The translations under genes were made by a program, and so were the position numbers. Shown piece by piece: positions 39,461-52,992 of a stretch of DNA of 64,000 bases (position 1 is the stretch's first letter; each line of letters starts with the position of its first letter). The stretch spans positions 1,736,001-1,800,000 of the forward strand of contig CM075992.1 in NCBI GenBank assembly GCA_038087875.1. Reading direction: 5' to 3'. This DNA is from Malacoraja senta (Eukaryota). The notes below the pieces were generated by a model. The model ran no database searches, was not told the origin of the DNA, and saw only the letters and a program-made list of their open reading frames with translations.

Positions 39461-42400
39461 AACTGAGCATTAAGATGTGACTGTGGTGTTGTTGACGGTG
39501 AGTGGGGGGGGGAGCTCTCCTAAAGTCTACTATCAATTCCACTCTTAAGAACATTGAGCTCCAGGTTGTTACAAAGGCACTTTAGACTCTTGATACACTT
39601 AGTTCTCAGGACTCTTGATACACTTATCCTTCTCACCCAAATATGATCCAAAGCTACATATTGAGAAGATTGCCCAAAACTGCAATCAGTATCAAGAAAT
39701 CAAGTACCAAATCAAGTATCAAAGACTTCACTCATTAACACATCACAAAAATGATCTTGTGTGTATAGTTAAAGAGCAATGTCAGACCAGAGAACTAAAT
39801 TAGACATCTTAGAAATCCAACACAATCATCAAAGAACTTCATCTTGATGTCAATCTGTGTCTGCAAGGTCACAGATCACTTCCTTTTGTTGCATATTGAT
39901 TTTAAAATTTACATTCACAATGCCGATATCACTGGGAATATAAGCATCTATTGTTGATTACTAATTGCCCCCGAGTCACAGTGTAATGTCAACCACTCTG
40001 GCAAGTCTAGGTAATAATCAGCGACCAGAAATAGTTAAGGTTATTGGTGGAACAGGCAGATATTTAAAAATATTTTACCTCTTCTGATGCTAATTCCAGA
40101 TATCTACTGGGACTTATGCTCCCCACATGCCACCGCAGAATATCAACTCAGGTTAATGGATCTTTGGTCTGCAAATATGACTGCTAGCCCAGGAATGTAA
40201 TTGCTATTCTGGCATTACAATTGCAGTTGCTTCTTATTGAAATACTTAAGATAAACTGACTGATCCTTGAAATTTGGTATACTGGGTGCCATCATCCAAC
40301 TCTTATTTTATATTCCAGACTAATTAACATTCACATTTTTTTTTAATATAGAAAGCACAGGGTGCAATTTTCTGGTTTTTTGTGGCCTGACTTGATATGT
40401 TACTCGATTACTGTCATAGCATAGAAACAGCTCTATTCATATTCACAAATTAAATTCTATTTGACGCTCCCTTCATCATGATTGCCGTCTTCAAAATCGA
40501 TGTTGACGCGTTCCACAAAACGCGTAAAACTCGTAGTTATTGTTCCCCCAGTTCTGAGCATTACTCTCACAACCAGGATCAATCCTCCTTCTCAAATGTA
40601 TATTGCTCCTTAAAGAACATATGATTGGCAAATGAGAAGGCAACTCTGCCATTGCAATTTATTGAAATGCAGAACCCATGCTGAAGGGCCCAAAACGTTG
40701 CCTATTTCCTTCGCTCCATAGATGCTGCTGCACCCCGCTGAGTTTCTCCAGCACCTTGGTCTACCATTGCAATTTATTTGTTTGTTGCAATTTAATAACA
40801 TTATGCTTGATCTGACTGTACCCACAATTGTCTACCCACAGTAAATTTCATTACTTTGCTTACCAAAAATCTACATGCCCTAAACAATCTGCTCCCATAG
40901 CCTTCAAGGAAGTGAACTCTCATGAAGCTTCAAACCAATCAACCTTTTAAATAATGATCATAGCTCTAGATTGCAGTTCTGCAGAGAACTATACCAGTTG
41001 CCACGATATAATTAATATGTACCATTTATTCAGGTTTTCTTTCTAGTTAATCAGGTTCGTTCAGTCAGTCATGTTCAGTTAAAATTAAACTGCAGGTTCA
41101 CACAAGTCTTTGATGCCATGGAGAATGCACAGAACATTTTACAGCCACAAAGCGATTTTTTCAAAAAGCACAAATAAAACAGTTTTGTTTTAATATTACT
41201 ATTATTTCTTCAATTGCAATAACACTAATTAAATCATTTATCAAATTGATGCTTCCTAGTTATGGCAATGCTCCCACCAATATGACCAACACCTGCCCCC
41301 CATTTAAGTATTAAAACACTGCAATTTACATTTTCCTGTGATCCCATCTCAGCAATGCATCAATGAAAAAATGTTAATCAACAGAAAATAAATCAGTCAT
41401 TAAAACCGAAAAAATACGTATAAAATTATGCATTCAGATTTATTTCACAACACAAGAGCAATAGATGGTACACAAATTAAGAATTGCCTGCACATTATTG
41501 ACCAGGTTTAAACAGTAAGACAAGCAGCAAGTACATAAATTGGCCGGATGCGAATTAATAACATGCTACGTACATCAGTGTCACGGAAACATTATTTTAA
41601 AATTCACACAATAGCTGTTCGGCGATGACTTGGTGGGCTGAAGGGCCTGTATCTCACACGTCTTAAAGTTCAGTAAACAGTGCTTTGTGGGTGATCAGTT
41701 TGCTTTCCAGTCAATTGTAATCTTCTACATGTTTATGGGGATTTACCATTAATTGTGCTATTGAAAGTCAAATGAAGATTATTGGATTCTCGTTGAAGGT
41801 GATCATCATCTGGTACTTGTGAGACAAGAATGTTACTTGCCACTGACCAGCATGCCAGAAGTTGCCCCGGTTCTGATGCATGCAGGCACAAGCTGTTTCA
41901 TATGAAATGAAACAGATCAATTTAGCATACATTCTATTTCTGACCCTCACAATGGAGAGAAGGCGACTGAAGCCTAGAATAAGGCACAGGGAAGATTTTT
42001 AAAATAATCAATAGAATGGCAAGAAGAAAGTTGGAAAGCGATTTTCTATGAAAGTAGATAACTAGAATTCATTGGCTAAAGGGAAATAAAAGCAAAGAAA
42101 CCAAATGTTTGTATTTATATGGACACTTAACATGCAAGATCTTAAAATGAATGTGTTCATTCGGCACAATGTACCAAACAACCTTATCCAGGTTGGAAAG
42201 TTATACAAATCTCTTGCATTCCCCAACAGGATCATGCAGCAATATTGTGGAGAGGAGACAAGTAGCCAATAATCACAACTATCGTCCTTTGTTAGGTATA
42301 ATCCCAACCAGTAGTGTTCCATAGCTCACTCCATATCTGCCCTCCCTCCCTCTTTCCGCACTGTCAAATACTTTAGAATAAAATGGATGCAAGTTAATAT

Positions 42401-43679
42401 TCCTGTTTAAAGAGGGAAAATATATCCATATTCAGAATCTACCATTGTCATCTTAATGCTGGTTAGCCCATGACTGGCCTTCACATTTCAATTTTCAAGC
42501 TAACAATATTTATACATATGCTCCAATATTTTAGTGTGTATGTTTGACAGATTGAAAAGCAGACCAGATCATTGAGTTGCAAGTTCTACAATCAGGAAAG
42601 GTTCGGAATATAAAACATATGTTCCTCACATTTTAGCTGCAAATGCATGTTGCATTTCCATATCAGTTAGTATTATAGTACATAAAAAGTAAAAGAACAA
42701 GACAAACATCTGTGGAGACAACAGAGTATGTTCCAAATCCTGTCTGAAGAACACAGATTTAAATGTAAACCATGTTCTTAAATACACTTTTATTGGTATC
42801 TGGCATTTTACTGCTATTTTTTCCAGCAACAAAACCAACATGGTGATATCTCACTTCACATACAAAATTCGATCCAAAGTGTAAAAGGTTTATGCACAAT
42901 CTATTTTCCCCACCAATGGATATATAAACATCATATACCATTTAAAAATGTTCTCCTTGTCCTTGTCTGTTCAATTAAACATTCCCATTGCTTCACAACT
43001 TCATTCATCTTACTATCTTTACATCAAAAATGGGTATTAGAAGTGCGGAGAGGGATTATTACAAGTGGCATGTTGAGGACCCCAATGGGTAAAAAATATG
43101 GGAGACAGGTACAAGATCTAAAAGATTATACCAAAACTTTCTTACACTGGTTATGCCACAGTTGCACCCAATTCACAATTATGAATGAATGTGAAGGTCG
43201 ACAGGATGCAGGAAAAAAATTAAGATAGCCAGCAGAACATGGGAGGCCAGGAGAATTATATAATATGAATGCTTGACTTAACGGGTGGAGGAAAGAGGAT
43301 TCAAAAATACTTGTGAAGCCCAGAGGGTAAAGGCTGAAGGCTTTTCAAGATCTAAACTGAACAACAGCTGGACAACCTCTAATTTCCAAAGGAGGATGAG
43401 GGGTAATATTATAGAGGTGTACAAAATCATGAGATGTAAATAGGTCGTTTAAGAAAGAACTGCAGATGCTAGAAAAATCGAAGGTAGACAAAAATGCTGG
43501 AGAAACTCGGATCTCTTGCAATCGAAAATCAGAGGAGATATACTTAAGATGAGGGAGGAGAGATCTAAGAGGAACCCGAGGGGTATATTTTCACGCAAAG
43601 GGTGGTGGGTGTATGAAACGAGCTGCAGGAGCTGGTAGTTGAGGCAGGTACTTTCGCAACACAGCAGAGATAGATAGAT

Positions 43680-43777
43680 TGTCTGAAGAAGGGTTTCGGC
43701 CCGAAACGTTGCCCATCTCCTTCGCTCCATAGGTGCTGCTGCACCCGCTGAGTTTCTCCAGTGTTTTTGTGTACCTT
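43680..43777 (+). repeat. Penelope-derived short repeat subfamily B with complete hammerhead core boxes
   Basis: CTGAAGAAGGGTTTCGGCCCGAAACGTT at 43683-43710; opposite-orientation partner at 43448-43510. Confidence 0.8.
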
Positions 43778-44074
43778 AGATTGATTTTTGATTAGTACGG
43801 GTGTCAGGGGTTATGGTGAGAAGGCAGGAGAATGGGGTTAGAAGGAGACAGATCAGCCATAATTGAATGGTGTAGTAGACGTGCGCAGGAAAGAAATATG
43901 ACGGGAGAATCTGCAGAAGGGTCTCGACCCGAAACGTCATTCATTTCTTCTCTCCAGAGATGCTGCCTGTGTCCCCCGCTAAGTTACTCCAGCATTTCCT
44001 GTTCCAGCATCACTTGGACGGAGTAGACTACTCCGAGTGGCCTAATTCTGCTGCAATCGCTTGTGATCTTATGA

Positions 44075-44860
44075 ATGGAGACACGAGGGAGAGGAGAGAA
44101 GACAGGCCCCGCCCCGGCCCTCTCCTCCTCCTCCTGCGCCGCCATTTTGACCGCGGCCACTCGCCGCCTCATGTTCAGTTCAGGGCCACAAGGCAAGGTG
44201 ATGGTGGTGGTGGTGATGGTGGGTGGGGGGCGGGGATCCGCGCCGACCCCGAGCGGCCATCCACACACCATGATCTACCCCTGTACCGCCTCCCATCCGC
44301 CGCTCCACCACCGTCCATCGACAAACCTCCCGGGGCCTAGGCCGCCAGTGACGCACTTTAGTTCGAGGGAGATGGAGGGGGGGGGGGGGGGGGGCACGAC
44401 GGCAAAGGGCCGATGATGGTGCGCTGGGCCCACCGTGCAGCTACAGCCAGCCGGCTCTCGGTTGCCTTTGGACCGACCCGGTTAGTTAGTTCATTCATCC
44501 ATTCACTCACCCGCTCGGTCGTTGTCTTTGCCGCCGCCGCCGCTCGCTCGCCACGGGGACAAGGACAAAAAGCCTCACGTGACCGCACCGCCGCCAACCG
44601 ACCCTTTTTATCGCCTCGCACCGCGCGTGCGCAGAGGCCGGCCCGACCAACGCGCTCCTCCCACGCGACGTCACCGAATCATTCAAACCGACCAATCGGC
44701 GGGCGGGGCGGGGGGGGGGGGGGAGGGGGGAAAGAAGAAACGGCCTTTGCGTCACTATGGAGACGCGGTCGCGCGTTGCATGCCGGTGAATGTAGTCCGA
44801 ATGCATCCGAAGCGATGGAACAATGGGCAGCCGCTTGCCTGCACGCAAATAGAAGGCTGC
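44075..44860. promoter_or_regulatory. ILF3: CpG-island promoter of ILF3
   Basis: Sharp GC/CpG enrichment in an AT-rich background. GC boxes 44701-44712, CCAAT 44692-44696, CRE-like CGACGTCA 44666-44673, TATA-like GATAAAAA (minus, 44605-44612), E-box TCACGTGA 44575-44582, YY1 consensus AAAATGGCGGC (minus, 44138-44148). Confidence 0.85.
44511..44575 (-). other. ILF3: ILF3 non-coding exon 1 (5' end approximate)
   Basis: Lies in the CpG island, has no ATG, and ends at a consensus donor CGG|GTGAGT (GT at 44510-44509). Confidence 0.65.
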
Positions 44861-45201
44861 GGTAGCTCAGCTGGAAGTTACCGAAATTCCCTTCTCTCCA
44901 GCGATGCTGCCTGAACCAATGAGTTATTCCAGCATTTCGCGCCTGTCTTCGGTGTAAACCGGCATCTGTAGCAATTCCTTCCTGCACATTTCCAATGCAA
45001 TTGCACATTGGGCAGTCTGCAGCAACTCGCAGTGCAGCTGGAACTGCATTGACACATAATTGGAAGACAGACACAAAACGCTGGAGTAACGAACCCGAAA
45101 CGTCACCCATTCCTTCTCTCCAGAAATGTCGCCTGTCCCACTGAGTTACTCCAGCATGTTGTGTCTATTTTCGATGTAAACCAGCATCTGTCGATTTACA
45201 T

Positions 45202-45295
45202 CTACACATTTCCTATGCACCTACACATTTCCTATGCACCTACAAGCACCTACACATTTCCTATGCACCTACAAGCACCTACACATTTCCTATGA
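45202..45295. repeat. Minisatellite
   Basis: CTACACATTTCCTATG(CAC / CACCTACAAGCAC) units, four copies. Confidence 0.85.
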
Positions 45296-46179
45296 TCAAT
45301 CAGTCTGCAGCAACTCGCAGGAAGCTAGAACAGTATTAACACATACATCTCTTATTGCAGGCCGACGAATAATCAAAATACATAGGATTTTTTAAACGGA
45401 TGATTGGTTTTGGAAGTGGAACCATTGGCTTATTCCGATTAAAGATCTGCGGATATTTACGCACAAAGGGTATCTGAGACGTCTGCTATCAGAACGTTAA
45501 ATGCAGCAGTGGGCTATTTGGCCCCTCAAGCCTGCCCTGTCGCTTAACAAGATTATAGTGTATTTTCCACGTAAATGCCATTATCCAATCCCATCCTATC
45601 CTATCCAATTATCCATTCACATTATCAATAAATCTATCAAATCTCCGCTTTGAATGCAATCAATGACAAAGTCTTCGAGGTCCTTTGGGAGCCTAAATAA
45701 CCTACCCCTCATCTCCATATTTTTTAAAATAAGGAACTGCAGATGCTGGAAAATCGAAGGTAAACGAAAATGCTGGAGAAACTCAGCGGGTGAGGCAGTA
45801 TCTATGGAGCGAAGGAATACTGTGAACAGCACTGATCAGAATAACATCCCTCTACTACTACTCTTTGGGCTCCCAAAGGAATATTTCCTTCGCTGCATAG
45901 ATGCTGCCTCACCCGCTGAGTTTCTCCAGCATTTTTGTCCATCCCTATTTTTTACCTCCATTTATCACCCTATACTTTGTAAACCATTTGACAAGTAGAA
46001 TGATTAAGACACATGAGATTCACAGAATATCGTTAGAGTGGATTTTTTTTAATAGCTTTGCCCAAAGAGTAGTAGTAGAGGGATGTTATTCTGATCAGTG
46101 CTGTTCACAGTGTTGGAATCTCTATTGTTACTGATTGTAGGCCGATTAGTAGTAGATCTGCAGACGAATTGGCAGAGTT

Positions 46180-46790
46180 GTGTACACAAGGAGATAGCTG
46201 GTTTTAAAAAAGCGTGGAGCATACTGCCTTTATTGATTGGACCTTTGAATATAAAAGTTGGGAAGTCACACGGCAGCTGTATAAAACATTTAGGCTACGT
46301 GCGTAGTTTTCTGTGCAGTTCTGGTTGGCACATTTCAGGCAGGATGCGGTGGCTTTGGAGAGAGTGCAAAAAAAGTTTACCAGGAAATAGACTGGATTAG
46401 AGACTATTTTGTATAAAGAGAGGATGCAAAACCTTGGATTGCTTTCTTTGGAGTGTCAGAGGCTGAAGGGCAACTTGATGGAAGTATATACGGTTATGAT
46501 GGGAGGCATAGATAGCGTAGAAAGTCAGAATGTTTCCCAGGGTGGAAACATCAAACACTAGAGGGCATAGATATAAGATAAGGCAGATAAGTTTCAAAGA
46601 GAGTTGCATTGCACACTTTTTTTTTAAACAGAGAATAGTCGGTGCGGGAACGTGTGCCAGAAATGGTGTGGAAGCATGATAATATTTAAGAGGCATTTAA
46701 ACAGACAAGCACGGGCAGACAAAGGGAAATACCATGTTTAGGCAGATGGGATTAGTTTAAATTGGCATCATAATTAGCTAAAGGGCCTAT
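46180..46790 (+). mobile_element. CR1 LINE 3' end (degenerate)
   Basis: Similar to the other CR1 3' copies in the window. Confidence 0.7.
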
Positions 46791-47719
46791 GTTCTTTCAC
46801 CTTCTGTTCAGCCCAATAAGAACTTTATCTATTTCACAAAACACAGGATAGTAGAAGCTACTTGAAATGATCATGGCTGATCTCTCTATAGCCCCCAACT
46901 GACAGATGTTTTAAACATTTATCTATTTTCTAAATACCTCCAGTGATCCAACCTCTGCAATTCTCCAGGGCAGACTATTGAGGTTACCTCCCATTCTCCT
47001 AAATTCCAGGGAACAGAGTGTACTCAATCTCTCTCCTGAGATAGACACAAAAAGCTGGAGTAACTCAGCGGGGCAGGCAGCATCTCTGGCGAGAAGGAAT
47101 GGGTGATGTTTCGGGTTGAGAACCTTCTTCAGATCTCCCGAGAGATTTGCCATCCAAGGAGCGTGTCTAGTAGATCTTTGCTACATTCTCTCTGTAACTA
47201 GTATATCTTTCCTTTGGAAAGGAAACCAACATTTGGTATAATATCCAAAGTATAATCTCATTAAGGCCCTAAATAATTGTATTGAAACATAGTTATTCTT
47301 GCACTTAACTCTTGCGATAAATGGTGACATACCATTTGCCTTCATACTGCTTGATACAATTACATCTAGCTTGCAATGGCTAGTATACAAGGATATCGAG
47401 GTCCTTATGGAAGTTATAACTATGATGAGGATCATTATTACTAGGCATTGGATGAGCTGCTTTAGGCATAACATTCTGGGGTCAAATGTAAATGTACTTT
47501 TACGTTCCAAAGTGCAACTGACAAATAATGTACATCAATAGGTGCAAATAGGAGTAAAAGCTATTTACTAGCTGACTTCTTCCATTGGAATAGAGATCCA
47601 TCCTATAATTAACCACCATGCTCCTTCCTGGTCATTGATGGAGAACTGTATCTGTTTACATCTTCTAAAGGTTTGCATTAATAAGATCTCAGCTAATAAA
47701 CTGATGAGACTGACACCGA

Positions 47720-47772
47720 CACACACACACACACAGACACAGACACAGACACAGACACAGACACAGACACAG
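47720..47772. repeat. (CA)n/(ACACAG)n microsatellite
   Basis: Read directly from the sequence. Confidence 0.9.
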
Positions 47773-48928
47773 AAGATGAAGCAAACTGGAATTAGGTCAG
47801 AGTAGAAAATGATAAAGCTATTTGGGTATCACAAGCACTGTAACTTTGTTGGTGCCTTTTGTGTGGCGACTATTGCATACATTGGGTGTGCAAGCAAAGA
47901 GTTTCACTGTGACTTGTCACATGTGGCAATAAAGTATTCATTCATTTATTCATTTATTCTTGTGATTGTGCATCTGAACTGCATTATTGGTGGATTAATA
48001 CTAATAACTGCCAGGCCATTAGTATATCAGATAGAGCTCAGTGGAACGGGCATGTGCTACATCCCATCTTGCCAGTTTTTGGAAATGGGTTTAGTAGACC
48101 AGCATTGTGGAACTCTATATATGGTTTCAAGGATTGCAAGGAAGATTCAGATAAAGATGGCTCTTCAATCAAATGTTTTCCATCCTTGCAAAATACCAAC
48201 CTTGCCACCTGCACTTTCCAACAGTTTCTGAGATGAGTTTAAGAGTATAGCCCCTGGAATTTGAATTCCATTTTTTCTGGACTCCTACGACCCAATTTAT
48301 CGGAATAATTCAAGGTGACCAAACAGGTTATACCATTCAAGACATGAGTTCAGAGAATTTAGTAGTTCAACTATCCCAATCTCTGGATCCATCTTAAACT
48401 CACCACAAACCATCAATCCCAAATTTTATTCCAAATCCACACCTGTCCCATCCTTTGCCAACTATGTTTAAGGAGGGACCATCTGTCCTGTTTCTATGCA
48501 TGCGCTCATAGTGCTATCTTATTGGTCAGGAAAGTTATGTGCTGTGCTGCTTCTCAGCAACGCCCAAAAGTCATAGGCATTCAGTCTGCCAGTGTACAAT
48601 CTTAACATGCAAATAGTTAAAATGTGCCAGCCAGAAAATACACAAATATTTCCATGCAAACTGTCCAACCATAACTGAGAAATCTTAGACATCTGTGTAG
48701 CTGAATGTTGCCATTATAATTTACTGGATCCACACCAACTTCATGCATGTAAATAAAAGAAAGTGGTGACAGTAATAGATGCATTGCATATCCAGACTCA
48801 AAATGCTGGAGTAACACAGCAGGGCAGACAGCATCTCTGGAGAGAAGGAATGGGTGACATTTCGGGGTGAGAACCTTTTTCAGACTGTCCCGCTGAGTTA
48901 ATTCAGCATTTTGTGTCTACTGTGTAAA

Positions 48929-49305
48929 CATAGAAAAATAGGTGCAGGAGTAGGCCATTCAGCCCTTCGATCCAGCACTGCCATTCAATATGATCATGGC
49001 TGATCATCTAAAATTAGTACCCCGTTCCTGTTTTTTCCCCATATCCCTTGATTCCTTTAGTCCTAAAAACTAAATTTAACTCTCTCTTGGAAACGTCCAG
49101 TGAATTGGCCTCCACTGCCTTCTGTGGCAGAGAACTCCACAGATTCACAACTCTCTGGGTGAAGACAATTGTCCTCATCTCAGTCCTAAATGGCCTACCC
49201 CTTATTCTTAAACTGAGACCCCTGGTACAAGACTCCCCCAACATCGGGAAATTTTTCCCGCATCTAGCCTGTCCATTCCTTTAGAATATTATATGTTTCC
49301 ATAAG
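48929..49305 (-). mobile_element. CR1 LINE 3' end inserted into a Penelope-derived repeat
   Basis: Minus-strand ORF TRGLSLRIRGRPFRTEMR..FTQRVVNLWSSLPQKAVEA; the host repeat resumes at 49306 (AAACCAGCATCTGCAG). Confidence 0.88.
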
Positions 49306-49484
49306 AAACCAGCATCTGCAGTTGCTTCCTACGCATGATTCAATCAGGCACCTGGAATTGTGTTTGAAATGGTTTTTATAGCAGGAATCATTCTGGGAGC
49401 AGTTTGCAAGAGGCCAGTTATATATTGCTGCAATCGATCACATGAATACAAGACAGCCGTATTTTACAAAAGGAAGAGTATAGT

Positions 49485-49490
49485 TTTATT
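49485..49490 (-). terminator. SLC44A2: Candidate distal poly(A) signal of SLC44A2
   Basis: AATAAA (minus) at the end of about 1.8 kb of AT-rich, UTR-like sequence, just before a repeat-dense block. Confidence 0.5.
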
Positions 49491-51255
49491 CATTGGTTGA
49501 TAATGTGGGCATGCAAATGAGAGATTGTCTATATAGCACATTTCATATGTACAGGCAAGTAAATGTAGATATTTTCTGTAGATATAAATCAGTTACCAGG
49601 ACAAAGCAGTCCCATTTATACAGAACAAGTATACATGTCATCTCTTAAAATAACAAACTTTTTAAAACATAAATGTAATAAAAGTGCTGTTTCTGCACAA
49701 GGCCAATTGAGGGAGGATTGTTTGAATTGAACAAGTCTCTCAAAAGTATTAGGCATTTAAAAGAAGTCAATGTTTCACTCCTAACCTCAACATTTTAAAA
49801 CAGGATACTGTTGCCCAGGCTCAGACTTCATGTGATATAGGACTGTACGCATCAATCTTAAACCAAGTAGCGGGATGGCAAGCATATTGTTTGATAAATG
49901 TGCCTGTGAAAATGTGTGTAAAGCACAAGATTAAACCATTCCTAATAGAAGAAGGCAGTTTGAAGGTATCCAGTACTGATGGACAAAACACATTTTAAAT
50001 TAATTTGCAAGTTGCGAATGTTGTTGGCTCGACCAGCATTTATTGGGCATTCATAACTGCCCTTGGCAAGCCGTGGTGAGTCAGCTTTGTGAACCATCTA
50101 AGCCCGTGTGCGGAGGTAATCCCATGTTCTTTCCCACAACTGTGTTTACTAGGCTATTTTGAAGAGTTCTTAATATTACAGCATTAGGAGGCACAACGAC
50201 CTGACTGTGCAAGGTTAACGGATTTATATCCTTAAAGCAATGAACCAGGTGGATTATTACAACAATGTTGTACTCTCAGGAGGAGCAGAGATAAAATGTT
50301 ACTATCACAGATGCTAAACTCTGGATTATTTAATTAATTGTATTTAAATTCCCAACTACCATGGTGGGATCTGAATTGATGTTTCTGAAGCAACAATTCA
50401 GGCTTTTAAATTACTTCAACAATAACAACATTTTCTTTTGTTTCAAAATTTAGAAGTTTAACATTCAATTTATTCTTCTCATCACTCACATGAGTTATGC
50501 AATAGTTACACTAACCTCAGAGGCAAAAAAATAGGTACATATCTTTAAAGTGATTTTAAGTAGTTTAATAAAGTCTTGTAGGGGGCTGCTCAATACCCTA
50601 TAATCTGCCACGCTGTGAACACTATTTGGGTGGGAAGGGGGGGTGGTGACAGGTGAAGATGAAAGAAAAGAAAGTTTACTATCTATACTTACAGGTAGCT
50701 GGGGTGTAAACCCTGTGTTTAACAACCCTGAATAAGTACATTTCATCGTCCTCTACAGCACAACATGCTCAACACAGCTACAAAGCTACGGCACACATGT
50801 GCCACAACTTATCAAAATACAGTTTTGGAATTTAAAGCCATCAGATCTGACATGCATAACCCATATGTTAGTAATACCTTTGAATATATCTTCAGTCACT
50901 GTACGGTAATTGAAGCGAGGGCGTGCCTGGCACAATCACAGGTGAATGATCATCTCCTTTTCCCCCCCAAATATAGGTAAAAAAATACAATGTCTTTCAG
51001 AGGACAATAACCTAACCTTATCTCAAACCACAACCCGTGTTTTGGCACAGCGTGAAATCACTGTAACGCACGTGAAGATCTCAGAGAGAGGACATCTGCA
51101 AATGGTGACGGTAAATCAAGCCAAGAGCTCAGATGTACTGTACTCTGTGTTCAGGCAATTTAGCTCCATGCACAGTTTATGATTTGGGAGATCTAATGAG
51201 GCTTCATGTTCTGAGTACAGGTATGTCCAGAGTTGCAAGCTGCACTCAGCAGTCA

Positions 51256-51347
51256 TCATTTATTTTTCTTCTGCAGGAGTTCCATGAGTTCTTTGGGCAT
51301 GAAATAGGGTTTCTCAGCCGATCCATCGTGCCTCTCAAGGTCTTCCA
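51256..51347 (-). CDS. SLC44A2: SLC44A2 alternative terminal exon B
   Basis: (L)EDLERHDGSAEKPYFMPKELMELLQKKNK* followed by a second TGA. Confidence 0.9.
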
Positions 51348-52033
51348 CTGCATGAACAGCAATGTCACATTTATAAGCAATAATCTCAAACATCATTGGT
51401 TTGCATCCAGAAACTGCACAATGTCAATACCCAAACCTTACTCTTTGGCCCACCACATTATAGCCTCTCAAACTCATGATTGCACACAGAAAACCAAACT
51501 TTCTAAAAGCAGCTAAAAGATTAAAAGGAAATTATTCATTTCCACTGCTGATGTTAATGTTATGCTGCATTAAAGTGCAAAATGATATCAATAGTTGATA
51601 TTGCATCACTTTGAAACGTTACAAAGTTAATGGTACCATAAACTGAACACTCAGTGAAATTAAATCTAAGCTCCAAGTTTACAAGAATCTTCAGAAAATG
51701 AGATTAAACTCCAACTTGATGAGCTTTTTATAAAAAATCAACCCCAATAACCACTCCCTAAGTTGTCTCCAGCCCCTTCTTTCTCCATTATAATTCTTAT
51801 ACACATGCAAATTGTTCATCTCAGTCTCCAACCCTGGGAAAGAATCGTAAATGCCTTACAACAGAGTTCTGGCACTCCCAACTTCACACTGTTTGGTGAC
51901 ATTACTAACACAGGGAATTCTGCAGAGGCAAAGCAACAGTCGGTAGTTGAATGCGGGATCTTCTCTGGAAGGTGTCACTAATGGCTTCAACAGAGGTTTA
52001 ATGAAAGTGACTGTGCTTCATCCAGAAGCTCGC

Positions 52034-52155
52034 TCAATCTTGTAACTCTGGCGCTTCAGGCGGGTCCAGATTCTTTTTGTACAAAATGTCTCGCAGCTCC
52101 AGTGATGAGTAGTAAGGTCTCTCTGGAGAGCCGTCATTCCGTTCCAGATCTTCAC
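52034..52155 (-). CDS. SLC44A2: SLC44A2 alternative terminal exon A
   Basis: (C)EDLERNDGSPERPYYSSLELRDILYKKNLDPPEAPELQD*. Confidence 0.88.
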
Positions 52156-52747
52156 CTGGTTGCCCCGACAAGGAGACAGCCGCAGAGGGAAAGCGTGAGA
52201 ATCCAAGCACAGTCCCCGTGCAGAAGTGATGAATGGAGGACGAGGCGACAGCAAGACAGGAAAGAAAGGAGAGAGTAAAAAAGAGAAAAGATGCAGATAA
52301 TAATCAGAGCCACCGAAAGGAAATCATGCCACATATAGACAAATACAGACAGAGCTCAGGCTCTCAAACTGACAATTAGCATTGAGAGATCAGGGAAAAC
52401 AGGTAGCTGGAAATACAAGTGCATCAACATGTGTAAAGAGGGAGTGGCTGGTTCATGCTTGCAGTGTGAAACCCCTCATCAGATGCTAGCAAATCTGGTG
52501 TGTGTTTCAGTATTCCCCTCACTCTTCTACTGGAAATTTGGAACTTGTTCTGGTCTAGTCAAACACACCAGGAAATAAACAAGGTGCCCATTAATTTGAC
52601 AGGGCAGAATTTAGCTAAGCATGCTGACAGAAGCCCCACTTTCACCTTCATACAACTCTACAACATACCCAAGTGCTGATTTCTTCTACATTTGCAGATG
52701 CACACAGAGTGGTATTATCAGGAACAACTCAAGGCTGACTACCTTTG

Positions 52748-52992
52748 GGTCTGAAGGGTCTCGACCCAAAACATCACCTATTCCTTTTCTCCAGAGATGC
52801 TGCCTGTCCCACTGAGTTACTCCGGCATTTTGTGGTCTGCCTCAAGGCTGACTACGAAGATAGACACAAAATGCTGGAGTAACTCAGTGGGACAGGCAGC
52901 ATTTTTGGATCTTCAGGTCTCGACCCGAAACATCACCCATTCATTCTATCCAGAGATGCTGCCTGTCCCGCTGAGTTACTCCAGCATTTTGC
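52748..52992. repeat. Cluster of three Penelope-derived short repeats (forward, reverse, forward)
   Basis: Family consensus three times. Further copies at about 40680, 43912, 44890, 45065, 45730, 47040, 48797, 58665, 59495, 60535 and 63968. Confidence 0.8.

Noticed and set aside
43960-45110. Many overlapping 87-150 aa ORFs on both strands
   Set aside because: Expected from stop-codon scarcity in a CpG island; low-complexity translations with no recognisable domain.
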